A stretch of 42,770 nucleotides of DNA from Pleurocapsa sp. MO_192.B19 (GCA_030064975.1 JASJDX010000005.1:1-42770), one strand, 5' to 3'. Shown: positions 1 to 10,164, counted from the stretch's first letter. A program made the numbers and translations. The notes: generated by a model from the sequence alone, not told the origin.

Positions 1-3
1 ATT

Positions 4-376
4 GGGGTATGGCAACGATTGTTGAATTTTAGGGTCATATCCCCCTCAAAGCTTTGCAACGAAAGGGTTCTGAGATTTTAATTTTGAGGCTTTTTGAATG
101 CTTGAAGGCTCAAAATCATACAGATCAAGATATTCAAGAATTTAATCACTCTGATTTGTCCCTGCTGATAAAAGACTTTGCCGAAAAAAGTGATTTTCGC
201 ACTATGAAAAAATTGGCTCGAACCCAATAAAATCGTTCTCTTAAATTTTGAACATTGCCGAAAAGATGTCTAATTCGGCAATGTTTATACTCTCTTTCTT
301 CAAATCTCGAAAACCTTATCAGTATTGAGTTTAAGGTCGATATGACCCTTGAATGTAAGAATCGTTGCCATACGCC
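4..376. mobile_element. MITE-like element bounded by ~37-bp imperfect terminal inverted repeats
   Basis: 4-40 GGGGTATGGCAACGATTGTTGAATTTTAGGGTCATAT matches the reverse complement of 340-376 (GGCGTATGGCAACGATTCTTACATTCAAGGGTCATAT). No ORF inside; internal 12-bp hairpin at 251-285. Target duplication cannot be judged at the window edge. Confidence 0.55.
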
Positions 377-659
377 TAATACAATTCAAGTTTAGCCCCC
401 AAAAAAACTAACGTCGATATTTGACTAAATTAGGCGGAGTAATTTGCTCACATCTTTGGCACATAAATTACTGAAATAGACCGCTAAACTGTGCTGTTAG
501 ATAAATAATCACTCATTTAATAGCACCCTTACTTTGAACCAGTTTGTGTTATATCTGTGCTAAACATTGAAGATAATTCCCATATTTTGAGTTAAATTGT
601 GCGTCTGCTAACAAAATCAGCCCATCTTGAATTTTCGCTCATTTCAGGTCAATCAGAAT

Positions 660-780
660 AGAGATTGAGAGCGAGCAGGCGCGGTGTAATACATTTGCTA
701 TAATTATGTCTGATACCGATACACCGCTCTACTCGGCGGGGGAAACCCCCTGCACCCCCAAAACTTAAATCACCGATTTT
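660..780. promoter_or_regulatory. putative oriT / mob promoter region
   Basis: GC-rich hairpin-forming island (GGGGGAAACCCCC, CCGCTCTACTCGGCGG) in AT-rich DNA directly upstream of mobC and the relaxase, the usual oriT position. The nic site was not pinned down. Confidence 0.45.
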
Positions 781-799
781 TTGTATTATTATTGAATTT

Positions 800-1216
800 T
801 TGACCGTGCCAGAGCCTGAAAATAAGACCAAAATTGTCAGTTTTAGATTTAGACCAAGCCAACTAGAAGAGTTAGATGTCCAAGCAAAAGCTGTCAACCT
901 GACTCGCAGTGCCTATGTGACTCGAAAATTGTCTGGACAAAGCGTGTTACCAGCTCGTGTTCCTGCGGTAAATTGGCAGCTTTATGGAGAACTGGCTTCT
1001 ATTTCTTCATCGTTACCAGCTATCGGCAACAACATCAATCAGATAGCTAAGGCCTTGAATACAGCTAAAAAAAAGGGCGAAGCAATTCCCCAATATCTAC
1101 CGAAGCCTGAAAGCCTGGAATACGCTTTGGAGTTAATAGAGACAACAAGAGAAACACTAAGAGAAGTGAGGTTGGCTTTGTCTGGAGTCAAGCAAAACGA
1201 TGACATTAATAAATAG
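800..1216 (+). CDS. mobC: plasmid mobilization relaxosome protein MobC
   Basis: N-terminal ribbon-helix-helix-like segment (VSFRF...LTRSAYV) and the MobC signature IGNNINQIAKALN; lies upstream of a relaxase. Confidence 0.88.
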   Translation: MTVPEPENKTKIVSFRFRPSQLEELDVQAKAVNLTRSAYVTRKLSGQSVLPARVPAVNWQLYGELASISSSLPAIGNNINQIAKALNTAKKKGEAIPQYLPKPESLEYALELIETTRETLREVRLALSGVKQNDDINK

Positions 1217-1225
1217 ATAGAAAAT

Positions 1226-1492
1226 ATGATTCGAGAAGATAGCAATGAAACCGATTCAGTCAAGTCTCTGTCCGCGCGCGAAGTTATGGCAATGAGCGAA
1301 TTACAGATGGAATCAGAGCAAGATATTAGATTGAGTCAACTGCTTTCAAAACAACAGGCAGATACACTCAGCGAAGCAGAAAGACCTGAATTATGGACAT
1401 TAATGCAAATTTACCAAACTTTACTTGTAAGAAAGGCAGTAGCCCTGCGTGAAGCTGTCGAGCGTGGCTTGAGAGAACCATTGTCAGCATGA
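1226..1492 (+). CDS. small hypothetical protein, antitoxin-like partner of the HNH gene
   Basis: 88-aa helical protein (RLSQLLSKQQADTLSEAERPEL...RKAVAL..AVERGL), translationally coupled to the HNH ORF through an ATGA overlap at 1489-1492. Confidence 0.6.
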   Translation: MIREDSNETDSVKSLSAREVMAMSELQMESEQDIRLSQLLSKQQADTLSEAERPELWTLMQIYQTLLVRKAVALREAVERGLREPLSA

Positions 1493-1906
1493 TTTCAGAT
1501 ACTTTGAAAAAGCAGATTCGTGACTTAGCTGGAAATCGGTGCGGTTACTGTCTTAGTTTACAGAAATACGTTTTAGGGATGTTAGAAATCGACCATATTA
1601 TTCCTCAAGCTAAAGGAGGTACGGATGACCCCGATAATCTCTGGTTGGCCTGTCGCTTGTGTAATGGCTATAAAGGAGTTCAAACCACAGCATGTTTATC
1701 AAAAGACAGCAAAAACTACTCGGCTTTTTAATCCCAGACACCAGAAATGGTCGCAGCACTTCCAATGGAGGAGTAATGGAACTCAAATAGAAGGAAAAAC
1801 AGCCATCGGTAGAGCTACAGTTAATGCCCTACAGCTTAACAATTTTATAGCCGTTACTGTCAGGGAACAATGGGTACAAGCGGGTTGGCATCCACCAAGT
1901 AATTAG
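1489..1906 (+). pseudogene. HNH endonuclease, frameshifted
   Basis: The first frame has CGYC, EIDHIIP, NLWLAC..CN..K. The family C-terminus (RLFNPRHQKW..HFQW...GRATVNALQLN...W..AGWHPP) is in a different frame; the shift is near 1690. Confidence 0.8.
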
Positions 1907-1926
1907 GAAATTATTACAGTAGAACT

Positions 1927-3708
1927 ATGATCGGTCATATCGAACATGGCAGTGACTTTGGCGGTTTATTTCGCTATCTTTTAGCTGATGATAAAGGAGC
2001 GAGAATTATTGGCGGCTCGGCAGCAGGAAGAAACGCTTGGGAATTAACTCAAGAATTTAACAACTGTGCCGACCAGCGTAGGACTACAACCAAGCCAGTT
2101 AAACATCTAATCATGAGCTTTGCTAACTCTGATGGTTATGTCCCAGATGATGTTAAAGTCAGAATTGCCAAGGAAGCAGTAAAAGAATTGGGCTATACCA
2201 ATAATCAATATGTAGTGATAGATCATCATCGAGATGACCCTGGACACGATTGGGATCACGACCACGACCACATTCACATTGCGGTCAATATGATTACCTT
2301 AGATGGTAAAAGAGTTGATGATTGGCAGGATAAGCGCAAGTTTGAAGAGATCTTAAGACAGTTGGAGGTAAAAGAACAACTGACCCAAGTTACTCCATCT
2401 AAAAATAGAAAGCGTAAAGCCTTGTCTCACGGGCAAACACAGCGAATTAAACGAGAAATTAAAGAGTTTAAAGAGGGCGAACGCACGGCTTTACCAGAGA
2501 TCCCATTAGGTATTAAGTTACAGGCTGCTATCGATAAGGCAAGTGAGGACAAGCCTGAGATGACTACGTTTATTGGTCGGTTACAAGGTTTGGATATGGA
2601 TGTCAGACCCACTATTTCCGATAAAGGCAGAAAGCGTATTAGCTATCAATTAGGAGATTTGAAGGTTAGAGGAAGTAAATTACATAATGCTTCTTTTCCT
2701 AAATTGATTTCACAACGGGGTCTTGATTTTGACTATAGCAGAGATAAAGCAGCTATGGATGCAGCAAGTTTAGGTGTACGAGTAAGTATTCCTCAAGATT
2801 CGCAAATAACGTGGTCAGAAATTGATTTAGTGAGTTATTTGCCGTCTGCGCTAGCTAATGATCTTCAAGAGATACAGACGAATTCTAGAAAAGAAGAGGA
2901 ACGGTTGACTAATGATGTAGAGGATGAAAAAGTCAACGTACAGCCAAATAAACTTACTGACTCTAAACTACTAGCAATCAAATCCTCTGTGGAAAAATGG
3001 CTCTTAAAGCGTCCCCATGAACCAAGGCGGGAAATAATTCAAAATATTCAATTAGAAATTAACAGGTTGGAAAGGCTATTAGTATCAGGAGAGCGAAGAA
3101 TTAACGCTCAAATACGAGAGCTAAACCAATTGTCACCTCGTTCTCTACTCAATCCCTTTGGAGTTGGTTCCGATATCATTGAAGAGAAAAAAACTCAAAT
3201 ACAGCTAAATAAGTCTAAATTAAAAGACATTGAGCGTGAGTTAAAGACAGCTAATAATAACCTGGACAAATGGCAACACAAAGCGATCGCTTACCAGGAT
3301 TGGATTTTGTCACCGAAAACACGTGAGATGGAAAGATTAGCCAAGCTACTTTCAACACCCGATATTATTAATCGCCTAAATAAGATAGAAGAAGGGTATA
3401 AAATCTATGATTTTGCCAGCTATATCTTGAAGCAGTCAGTCAAGTCAAAACAGAAGATACGCTATTTTGAAGATAATTTATATCGTATTGAAGAACGAGG
3501 AAAGACTTTAACTATTTCTCGTCAAGATGATTCCTCTATTCTTTTTGCAGCATCTGATTTTCGAGGAGAAGGGGGAATTATTAAGATTAATAAATTTGAT
3601 TTGACTAATCAGGACAAGGAAAAACTCATAGAATTTGTTCGATATTTAAAGCAAGAAGAAAAACTTAGTCAAAAGGTCAAGCAAAAAGGATTTGAAATCG
3701 GTGATTGA
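1927..3708 (+). CDS. relaxase / mobilization nuclease (MOB-P-like) with coiled-coil C-terminus
   Basis: N-terminal catalytic Tyr (GLFRYL), KHLIMSF motif, His-triad HHRD...HIHIAVN; downstream of mobC. Confidence 0.9.
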   Translation: MIGHIEHGSDFGGLFRYLLADDKGARIIGGSAAGRNAWELTQEFNNCADQRRTTTKPVKHLIMSFANSDGYVPDDVKVRIAKEAVKELGYTNNQYVVIDHHRDDPGHDWDHDHDHIHIAVNMITLDGKRVDDWQDKRKFEEILRQLEVKEQLTQVTPSKNRKRKALSHGQTQRIKREIKEFKEGERTALPEIPLGIKLQAAIDKASEDKPEMTTFIGRLQGLDMDVRPTISDKGRKRISYQLGDLKVRGSKLHNASFPKLISQRGLDFDYSRDKAAMDAASLGVRVSIPQDSQITWSEIDLVSYLPSALANDLQEIQTNSRKEEERLTNDVEDEKVNVQPNKLTDSKLLAIKSSVEKWLLKRPHEPRREIIQNIQLEINRLERLLVSGERRINAQIRELNQLSPRSLLNPFGVGSDIIEEKKTQIQLNKSKLKDIERELKTANNNLDKWQHKAIAYQDWILSPKTREMERLAKLLSTPDIINRLNKIEEGYKIYDFASYILKQSVKSKQKIRYFEDNLYRIEERGKTLTISRQDDSSILFAASDFRGEGGIIKINKFDLTNQDKEKLIEFVRYLKQEEKLSQKVKQKGFEIGD

Positions 3709-3737
3709 AAAAAGTATGATAAAAGCGGTAACGAATT

Positions 3738-3989
3738 TTATCTATTCTCATACGGCTCTTCAAAAACTGTAATAGAAGTTGGTTGACACTGCTTAATCTC
3801 AACTGTAATTCCAAAGGCTTTTTCTTGAACTAAATCGTCAATATAGCCAGTTTGCTCTTGTTTAGCTTCTTTAACACTATCAAAAGGCCCAAAAAAGTAA
3901 GTACATCGGGGTATAGTAGTGCTAATTTCTACCCACCAAGGAATTTTTTGTTTGTTTATTGGTGAAAATAATTTAACTAAAGACTTCAT
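3738..3989 (-). CDS. DUF1816 family protein
   Basis: WWVEI.T..P.CTYFFGPF.S..EA...GYI.DL..E.A.GI...IK.CQP pattern of this cyanobacterial family. Confidence 0.85.
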   Translation of the reverse strand: MKSLVKLFSPINKQKIPWWVEISTTIPRCTYFFGPFDSVKEAKQEQTGYIDDLVQEKAFGITVEIKQCQPTSITVFEEPYENR

Positions 3990-4070
3990 AATTTTGCAGG
4001 TAATGGATAAAAAACCGTTGCCGCTCCAGCAGCATCTAATTATTCACCAGAGACAATGTATATAGCTGGG

Positions 4071-5264
4071 CTAATGAGAAGAAACAATAACATTACGCAA
4101 TTCGAGAACAATTTGCGTAGCACAAACTACAGCTATAATCCCGATAAGTTCAATAGAAGCAAGATTGGTGCCAGCTATAGCGAGAATTATAATCAAAGCA
4201 GCGGAGCCAAAACGATATCCAATCCGAAATTTGCAGCGTCGGGGCTGATTACTAGCGATTAAACCAGTAAAATTTATAATTCCGAGAGCAAGTAAACATA
4301 TTGCTACAGCCGAGCAAATCAACCAACGCTCTGCCTCTGGTAAGACTAAACTTGAAGCTTTTGATATAACCTTTTCTATACCAACCCCCGTTGCCGTAAG
4401 ACCAATAGCTAGCGGTAAGTGCATATATAACCACAGCTGATAAGCCCAAAGTCGACGAGAGCATGCACGAGCTGACTCAATCGCAGAACCACCAAGATTG
4501 TCAAAGTAAATCCACCATAAGCTGAAGGCTATACTTATACCACACGCTAAAGAAAGTATGAGTAAGATGTCCCATTGCTGCTGAACGACACCATTAACTA
4601 CACCGATAATAGACTGCCCGAGTACGATAATAATAAACAGTCCGAAACGCTCTGGTAAATGCGAAGTGTGTGGAGCAAACTGTACGCTTAATTCTCCTAT
4701 TAATAAGGGCGTTGCGAAGTCTACGCTCGACGCCAAAAACCAAAGAACAAAGCGTAGGGGCATTGGTACTAATGCTGACATTAACCAAATTGCCCCCACA
4801 ATTCCAAAGCTTATTACAAATTTTACTGTAAGCTTACGTGCTATGGCTATATGACGCAGGGCGCGCTGATACTCAATGACGTTTAAAATACGAACAAGGG
4901 CATAAGAAAATGCAAAACCAGCTGAACTTTCTCCCAACCCATCATGTACGTTTACCGCAAACATGGCAATACAAAACATTTGGATACCAGTTAGGAATCT
5001 ATGTAATGGGTCATCAGTATCAAATCTAGTGGAATACAAAGTTGAACTAACCCATGACCACCAGAGCGGAGTAAATAGCATTATAAAACCAAGAAAACCA
5101 GAAGGTGAGACATCTTGATTAAGATTGTGTGCCATCTCTGCAATAACTGCGACAAAGATTAAATCATAAAAAAGTTCTAGCCATGTTGCATGCCGTTCTA
5201 TTCTATTTTCTTCGCCGATACGCAAAGCGGGGGGCTGCCACCAACTTTTTACTTTGCTAGTCAT
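4071..5264 (-). CDS. low temperature requirement protein A (LtrA-family membrane protein)
   Basis: RHATWLELFYDLIFV and HLPERFGLFIIIVLG motifs; many transmembrane segments. Confidence 0.9.
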   Translation of the reverse strand: MTSKVKSWWQPPALRIGEENRIERHATWLELFYDLIFVAVIAEMAHNLNQDVSPSGFLGFIMLFTPLWWSWVSSTLYSTRFDTDDPLHRFLTGIQMFCIAMFAVNVHDGLGESSAGFAFSYALVRILNVIEYQRALRHIAIARKLTVKFVISFGIVGAIWLMSALVPMPLRFVLWFLASSVDFATPLLIGELSVQFAPHTSHLPERFGLFIIIVLGQSIIGVVNGVVQQQWDILLILSLACGISIAFSLWWIYFDNLGGSAIESARACSRRLWAYQLWLYMHLPLAIGLTATGVGIEKVISKASSLVLPEAERWLICSAVAICLLALGIINFTGLIASNQPRRCKFRIGYRFGSAALIIILAIAGTNLASIELIGIIAVVCATQIVLELRNVIVSSH

Positions 5265-5282
5265 TTTTTCTCTGTAAAGTAT

Positions 5283-5918
5283 TTATCTCAAAGTTACTTG
5301 TACTGAGCCATCATGAATTTGCAGAATAGAACCTTGCTTAATACTATCTAGGTTGAATACCTCATCAGCAGCAGTGTTCTTATAAAGAATTGTAGCTATC
5401 TCTCCTACGCAGATTTTTAACCTTTGTGCTTCTTTCGGTGTAAGGTTAGTAGCTTTCTGTTGGTTTAGCTGCGAAAGTAAGTCATTACAACTTTGATTTG
5501 CTATTCGCCAAGAGTGAGGAGTAGACTTATGAGCCCGCAAAAACAAGCGACTGAAATGGCGTCTATCAAAGTAGCCAACAGCTTCGGTAATCTGTTCTAT
5601 GGACTGGTTGGTTTCTAAAAGTAACTTACGCGCTTCTGCCATTCGACGCTCTGTAATCCATGTAAGTACAGTTTTTCCAGTCTTTCGTCGTATTAAATCA
5701 GTTAAGTAGGCAGGAGAAAGTCCAACTTCTTGAGCTACTTCGCGAAGGCTTATCTGATTTTGATAATTTTCCTCAATAAAATTAAATACTTTACTTAGTA
5801 TGGGGCGTGGAGGTTGCGATTGATGTAATATTTGCCCAATTTTTACCAGCATATTTGCGTTAGTAAAAGAGTCAATATTTTCGCTCGTACTATCGTTAGT
5901 CAAGTGGTTAAAATTCAT
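5283..5918 (-). CDS. AraC-family transcriptional regulator (DNA-binding domain, no obvious sensor domain)
   Basis: ISLREVAQEVGLSPAYLT...RMAEARKLL..T..SIEQI..AVGY.D..HFSRLF double HTH. Confidence 0.9.
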   Translation of the reverse strand: MNFNHLTNDSTSENIDSFTNANMLVKIGQILHQSQPPRPILSKVFNFIEENYQNQISLREVAQEVGLSPAYLTDLIRRKTGKTVLTWITERRMAEARKLLLETNQSIEQITEAVGYFDRRHFSRLFLRAHKSTPHSWRIANQSCNDLLSQLNQQKATNLTPKEAQRLKICVGEIATILYKNTAADEVFNLDSIKQGSILQIHDGSVQVTLR

Positions 5919-6191
5919 GATACCATTCTCGATTTATTTTTTGTTGAGATCAGACTAGTAAGTCAATCTTTAGATACCAGATACTACTTTGCTGATTTCT
6001 TTCGGCATATGCGACAACTTGAGATGATTGTGTATTCTCTGTTTTATAAATAACTAAGAAATAAAAGGCTTTCAATTTTTTATGTAATTAATTCACGGCA
6101 ATAGCCCAGATCGGTAATCTTGGAAAAATCAATTTCTTGAAAACCTTTTATATGTTTTTCACTACGCTTATTTTGCTATCAAATTACTATT

Positions 6192-6324
6192 TTTATCTAT
6201 GCAAGATAAGAAGGTTAAGAAAAAAACTTAACTTTTTTGCTTGTACGGGGTTCATAGATTGACTGAAAGCAAATAATCAAAAAGATAAAAATTTTTTTTA
6301 TCTTTCTTATCTTGCATAGATAAA
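6192..6324. repeat. perfect 21-bp inverted repeat pair in the divergent promoter region
   Basis: 6192-6212 TTTATCTATGCAAGATAAGAA is the exact reverse complement of 6304-6324; each arm contains TTATCT-N5-AGATAA. Confidence 0.85.
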
Positions 6325-6385
6325 TTTTTACAACTTTGAGAATATACAAGTACAAACTTGATTGCAGATATAAATTAAGGGCAAC

Positions 6386-7711
6386 ATGAAGTTTCTTACT
6401 ATTACCGATAAGCAAAATTCAGGAACGCTGAAAAATTTAGCTTCATATAGTCCATCTCCAATCCTAGCATCGACTATATCTGGTACACAGCAATCGACTG
6501 ACAAGTGCGTGGCAGAAGCTAGTACAAATGTAGAAAAGATATTAGGCAAAGAGACAATAAGTTTTTCTTACCCTATTTCTTCTATTTATTCTGATCTTGC
6601 TGATACGACTACCAAATATCAATTACCTAATACTTTGATTGGGGACAGTGATTCATCTATCGTCCATCAAAGCCAGTTTTCGCAGATTTTAACCGACTTA
6701 TCTCTAGGTAAAATAGATTCAAATACTCAGTCGAATACTACTTTTCCTTTCAACTATTTACAACGGTCTAGTTTTCCCAATGCTAAGACAAGGGCAAATA
6801 TGTTGGCAGAAACTAGAGTAGAGGATCATTTTAGAGTTAAGAAAAAAGAAATTACCTCTTTATGGGAAATTCAACAAAATAACTCAATTATTGACTGGGT
6901 AAAGCTTACGCCTAACAAAGTAATAATGGCAACACCTGACCAAGTTTGGGTATATAGACCTAAATCTGAGGACAGCAGCAACTTTTTTGCTCAACCATCA
7001 AATAATGCAGGTAATATAGCAACAACGAAAAAGCTTCTCGATACTGCCATTGTGCTTGCCAAGCGTGCAGCCAATTCAAGTCAAAAACTTCCTGTCTTAA
7101 GTCCTATAACTTGGGTTTGGAGTTTAGCAAGTCAATATCATCTCACTCACTTTACACCACAACTGATGAAGGAAGCTTCTCGATACTTTTCCAATCAGGG
7201 TCGAAAACAGTTGGCAGAATGGGCAGCCCAGAAAGCTATTGAAGAATCAGGACATGACCGACTTGCCCTGCTTGATATTCAATCACTAGGATACAAAGCT
7301 GAGGCAGTAGTAAAAGCTTTTGTTCCACCTTCAGCAACAGTTCTATTGGATTACTTTATTGATAGTGTACAAACTTCAGACCCAATTAAGTGCGTAGGTT
7401 ATTCATATACGTTGGAACGTCTCGCACTTGCTATTGGCAAAGAACATATTCAGGCTGTAGAAACACGAATGCCATCTGGCACGAATGCTACTCGCTGTCT
7501 GCGAGTTCATAGTTCAATAGGCAGCGATGTTGAACACGTAGAGGAAATAATAGAAGTGGTGGCAAAATTAACTCCAAAAGAGCGGACTCAGATTGCGATC
7601 GCTTGCTATGAGACGGCAAAACTATACTTTAGTTCGGGCAAGAACGACTATCCGTCCGAAGAAGAACTCCAGCAAAAATTGAAAGTTTTAAAATCTAGTC
7701 CGCTTCAATAA
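6386..7711 (+). CDS. heme-oxygenase-like diiron oxidase (iron-containing redox enzyme family) with long N-terminal extension
   Basis: C-terminal half has EESGH, GYSYTLE and LRVHSSIGSDVEH, the E/H ligand pattern of HO-like diiron enzymes. The true start may be further downstream. Confidence 0.7.
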   Translation: MKFLTITDKQNSGTLKNLASYSPSPILASTISGTQQSTDKCVAEASTNVEKILGKETISFSYPISSIYSDLADTTTKYQLPNTLIGDSDSSIVHQSQFSQILTDLSLGKIDSNTQSNTTFPFNYLQRSSFPNAKTRANMLAETRVEDHFRVKKKEITSLWEIQQNNSIIDWVKLTPNKVIMATPDQVWVYRPKSEDSSNFFAQPSNNAGNIATTKKLLDTAIVLAKRAANSSQKLPVLSPITWVWSLASQYHLTHFTPQLMKEASRYFSNQGRKQLAEWAAQKAIEESGHDRLALLDIQSLGYKAEAVVKAFVPPSATVLLDYFIDSVQTSDPIKCVGYSYTLERLALAIGKEHIQAVETRMPSGTNATRCLRVHSSIGSDVEHVEEIIEVVAKLTPKERTQIAIACYETAKLYFSSGKNDYPSEEELQQKLKVLKSSPLQ

Positions 7712-7788
7712 AAGCGATTGAAAAAGCACAAATTAACTACCAACGACACAACATCTTTATCTAATTAAAAATAATCCCAGGAGGATTT

Positions 7789-8079
7789 ATGAAATTTCAA
7801 AACAACAACAAAAAACCAACTTTCGCTTTCTTGACTCTTTTAAGTTCTTGCGCGATCGCCTTATATATAGAAGCGATCCCAAGTAAGTTACTGTCAAAAA
7901 ATCAATCTTTCGATCCAGCGATTGAACAACAGTTAAAAAACCAAACAAGTCAAAATCCTATCGATCATCTTGGCAAAGGCAATGATGAAGTCGTAGAAGA
8001 AATTAAACTTGACAAGGAGTGGGAAGGCATTCTAGGCAGTGAACCAGAGCAAGAAGTTTTACTGGCAAGGGGGGTGTAG
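7789..8079 (+). CDS. small hypothetical protein with signal/anchor-like N-terminus
   Basis: Strong AGGAGG RBS; basic then hydrophobic N-terminus and acidic C-terminus; co-oriented with the oxidase. Confidence 0.7.
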   Translation: MKFQNNNKKPTFAFLTLLSSCAIALYIEAIPSKLLSKNQSFDPAIEQQLKNQTSQNPIDHLGKGNDEVVEEIKLDKEWEGILGSEPEQEVLLARGV

Positions 8080-8116
8080 GGGTATAGAAAACTAATTAAC
8101 TATTGTAGACTTAAAA

Positions 8117-10164
8117 CCCACATTCAGCAGCCCCATAGATGAAGCACGAAAGAAACATGAATTCAGGAGAATGAGCATTGCTCAGAAGTAGCTAATTATT
8201 CAGAATCAAGAGCAGCAAATAAATACAATTAAATTTCAACAGAACCTTGACTCTTTATGTGGGTATAAATGTTAACAGGAATAGAAATTAAAAACATCAA
8301 TCATTTAGGAATAGTTGCGGGAATAATTGATGAACTGGAAATTGTAGATATTATCAACCAAGAATTAGTCATAGATGAGCAAGAAATAGTTAATTCAGGA
8401 GAAATAGTTCAAGCAATTATCCTTAATGGATTAGGTTTTGTCTCTCAACCCTTGTATCTATTTCCGAAATTTTTTGAAGGGTTAGCTACAGAACATCTTT
8501 TAGGTAAAGGAATCTTACCCGAACATTTAAACGACTATAAAATTGGTCGAGTAATGGATAAACTCTACGACTATGGATTGTCAGAGTTATTTCTGTTAAT
8601 TGCTCTATCCGCAGCCAAAAAATACAATGTTAATCTCGATTTTTCCCACTTGGATTCAAGTTCTTTTTCAGTTCATGGTCAATACAATCAAGTTCTATCT
8701 TCTGTAGCAGAGTCTCAGGGAAAAGAGGCAGAGTTAGAACCAATACCTATTAACATAACTCATGGTTATTCGCGAGCTCATAGACCAGATTTAAAACAAT
8801 TTATATTAGATTTAATTGTCACAGGAGATGGAAATATTCCTGTATTTATTGAAGCAGCCAGTGGCAATTCTTCGTGATAAAAAGGCTTTTGGACAAATAG
8901 CAAAAAACTATAAGAAACAACTGAAATTGGAGACAACGATAGTAGGAGATAGTGCATTATACAGCAAAGATAATTTGGGATTGCTCAAAGAAATCAAATG
9001 GTTAACTAGAGTTCCTCTATCAATAAAAGAGGCGAAAAATTTGGTTAATGAGGTATCACCATCAGAATTGAGTAAAAGTGAAGTCCCTGGTTATTCCTTC
9101 GTTGAAAAAACCAGTAATTATGGAGGAATTCCCCAAAGATGGTTAGTGGTAGAAAGTGCAGCGAGAGCCGAATCTGATAAGCAGTCTCTGGAGAAGAAAA
9201 TTACCAAAGAAAAAGAAATAACTCAAAAGAAAGTAGCTAGACTATTTCAGAAAAAATTCAAAAATAGCACAGAAGCAGAATTGAGTTTAAGACAGATACA
9301 ATCGAAATTAAAATATCATCTACTTTCTGATATAGAAATCATAGAGAATCAGGTTGAACCTCTGAATAAGACTTATAAAATAACTGGAAAAATTCAGCCA
9401 AATCATGATGTAATTGACTCTTATAACAATCGGGCGGGAAGATTTATTATTGCTACTAATAGATTAGATTGTGAATCGTTTAGTTGTGACGAAATGCTTA
9501 AAAAATATAAAGAACAGCAAAATGTTGAAAGAGGTTTTGCTTTTCTAAAAGACCCCTTATTTTTTGCTGATAGTATTTTCTTGAAATCACCTCAAAGAAT
9601 AGAAACTATGGCAATGCTTATGGGTTTATGTCTGATGGTTTATTCTTTGGGACAAAGAGAAGTTCGTTATCAATTATATCAAGCTAAAACTGGCATCCCT
9701 AATCAATTAGGAAAATTAACGGCTCGACCAACATTGCGTTGGATATTTCAATGTTTTCAAGGCATTCATTGCTTAATTCATCAAGGTGTTAAACAAGTTG
9801 TTAATCTCACAGAAGAACGTTTATTTACTCTCAAGTTTTTCCCCTTATCTTGTCAAAAATATTATATTTTATCTGGGTAATTGATTATTCAAGTTTGGCC
9901 ACAATTAAATTCAATTAATTCACGAATTCACTCAGGCGTGGTAATTATTTTTCTCTCGATCACAAGAGCCCTTATTGGTTTGATTCGGGGAAGAATTCTC
10001 ATTAATTAAAAGTTAATGAGAATTCCTCCTATTGAATTGCTAAGTTAGCGGAAAAAATACGCTAACTTGTCCCTAATTTATTCAATTAATCTTTTTCTTC
10101 AAGATAAAATACGGGTTTTGGCATATTTCAAATGTATTTTATTTGTAGGGCTGCCGAATGTGGG
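8117..10164 (+). mobile_element. IS1634-family insertion sequence
   Basis: Terminal IRs CCCACATTCAGCAGCCC (from 8117) and GGGCTGCCGAATGTGGG (to 10164); 6-bp direct repeat TTAAAA at 8111-8116 and 10165-10170. Confidence 0.92.
8269..9880 (+). pseudogene. IS1634-family transposase, +1 frameshift
   Basis: HLGIVAGIIDEL, HLDSSSFSVHG, GYSR.HRPDLKQF, VERGFAFLKDP motifs. One extra base near 8875 (TCG-T-GAT-AAA) splits the expected SGNSSDKKAF. Confidence 0.88.

Noticed and set aside
3283-7859. GCGATCGC palindromes (e.g. 3283, 7595, 7852) as specific regulatory sites
   Set aside because: These are HIP1, a genome-wide cyanobacterial octamer, useful only as a taxonomic clue.
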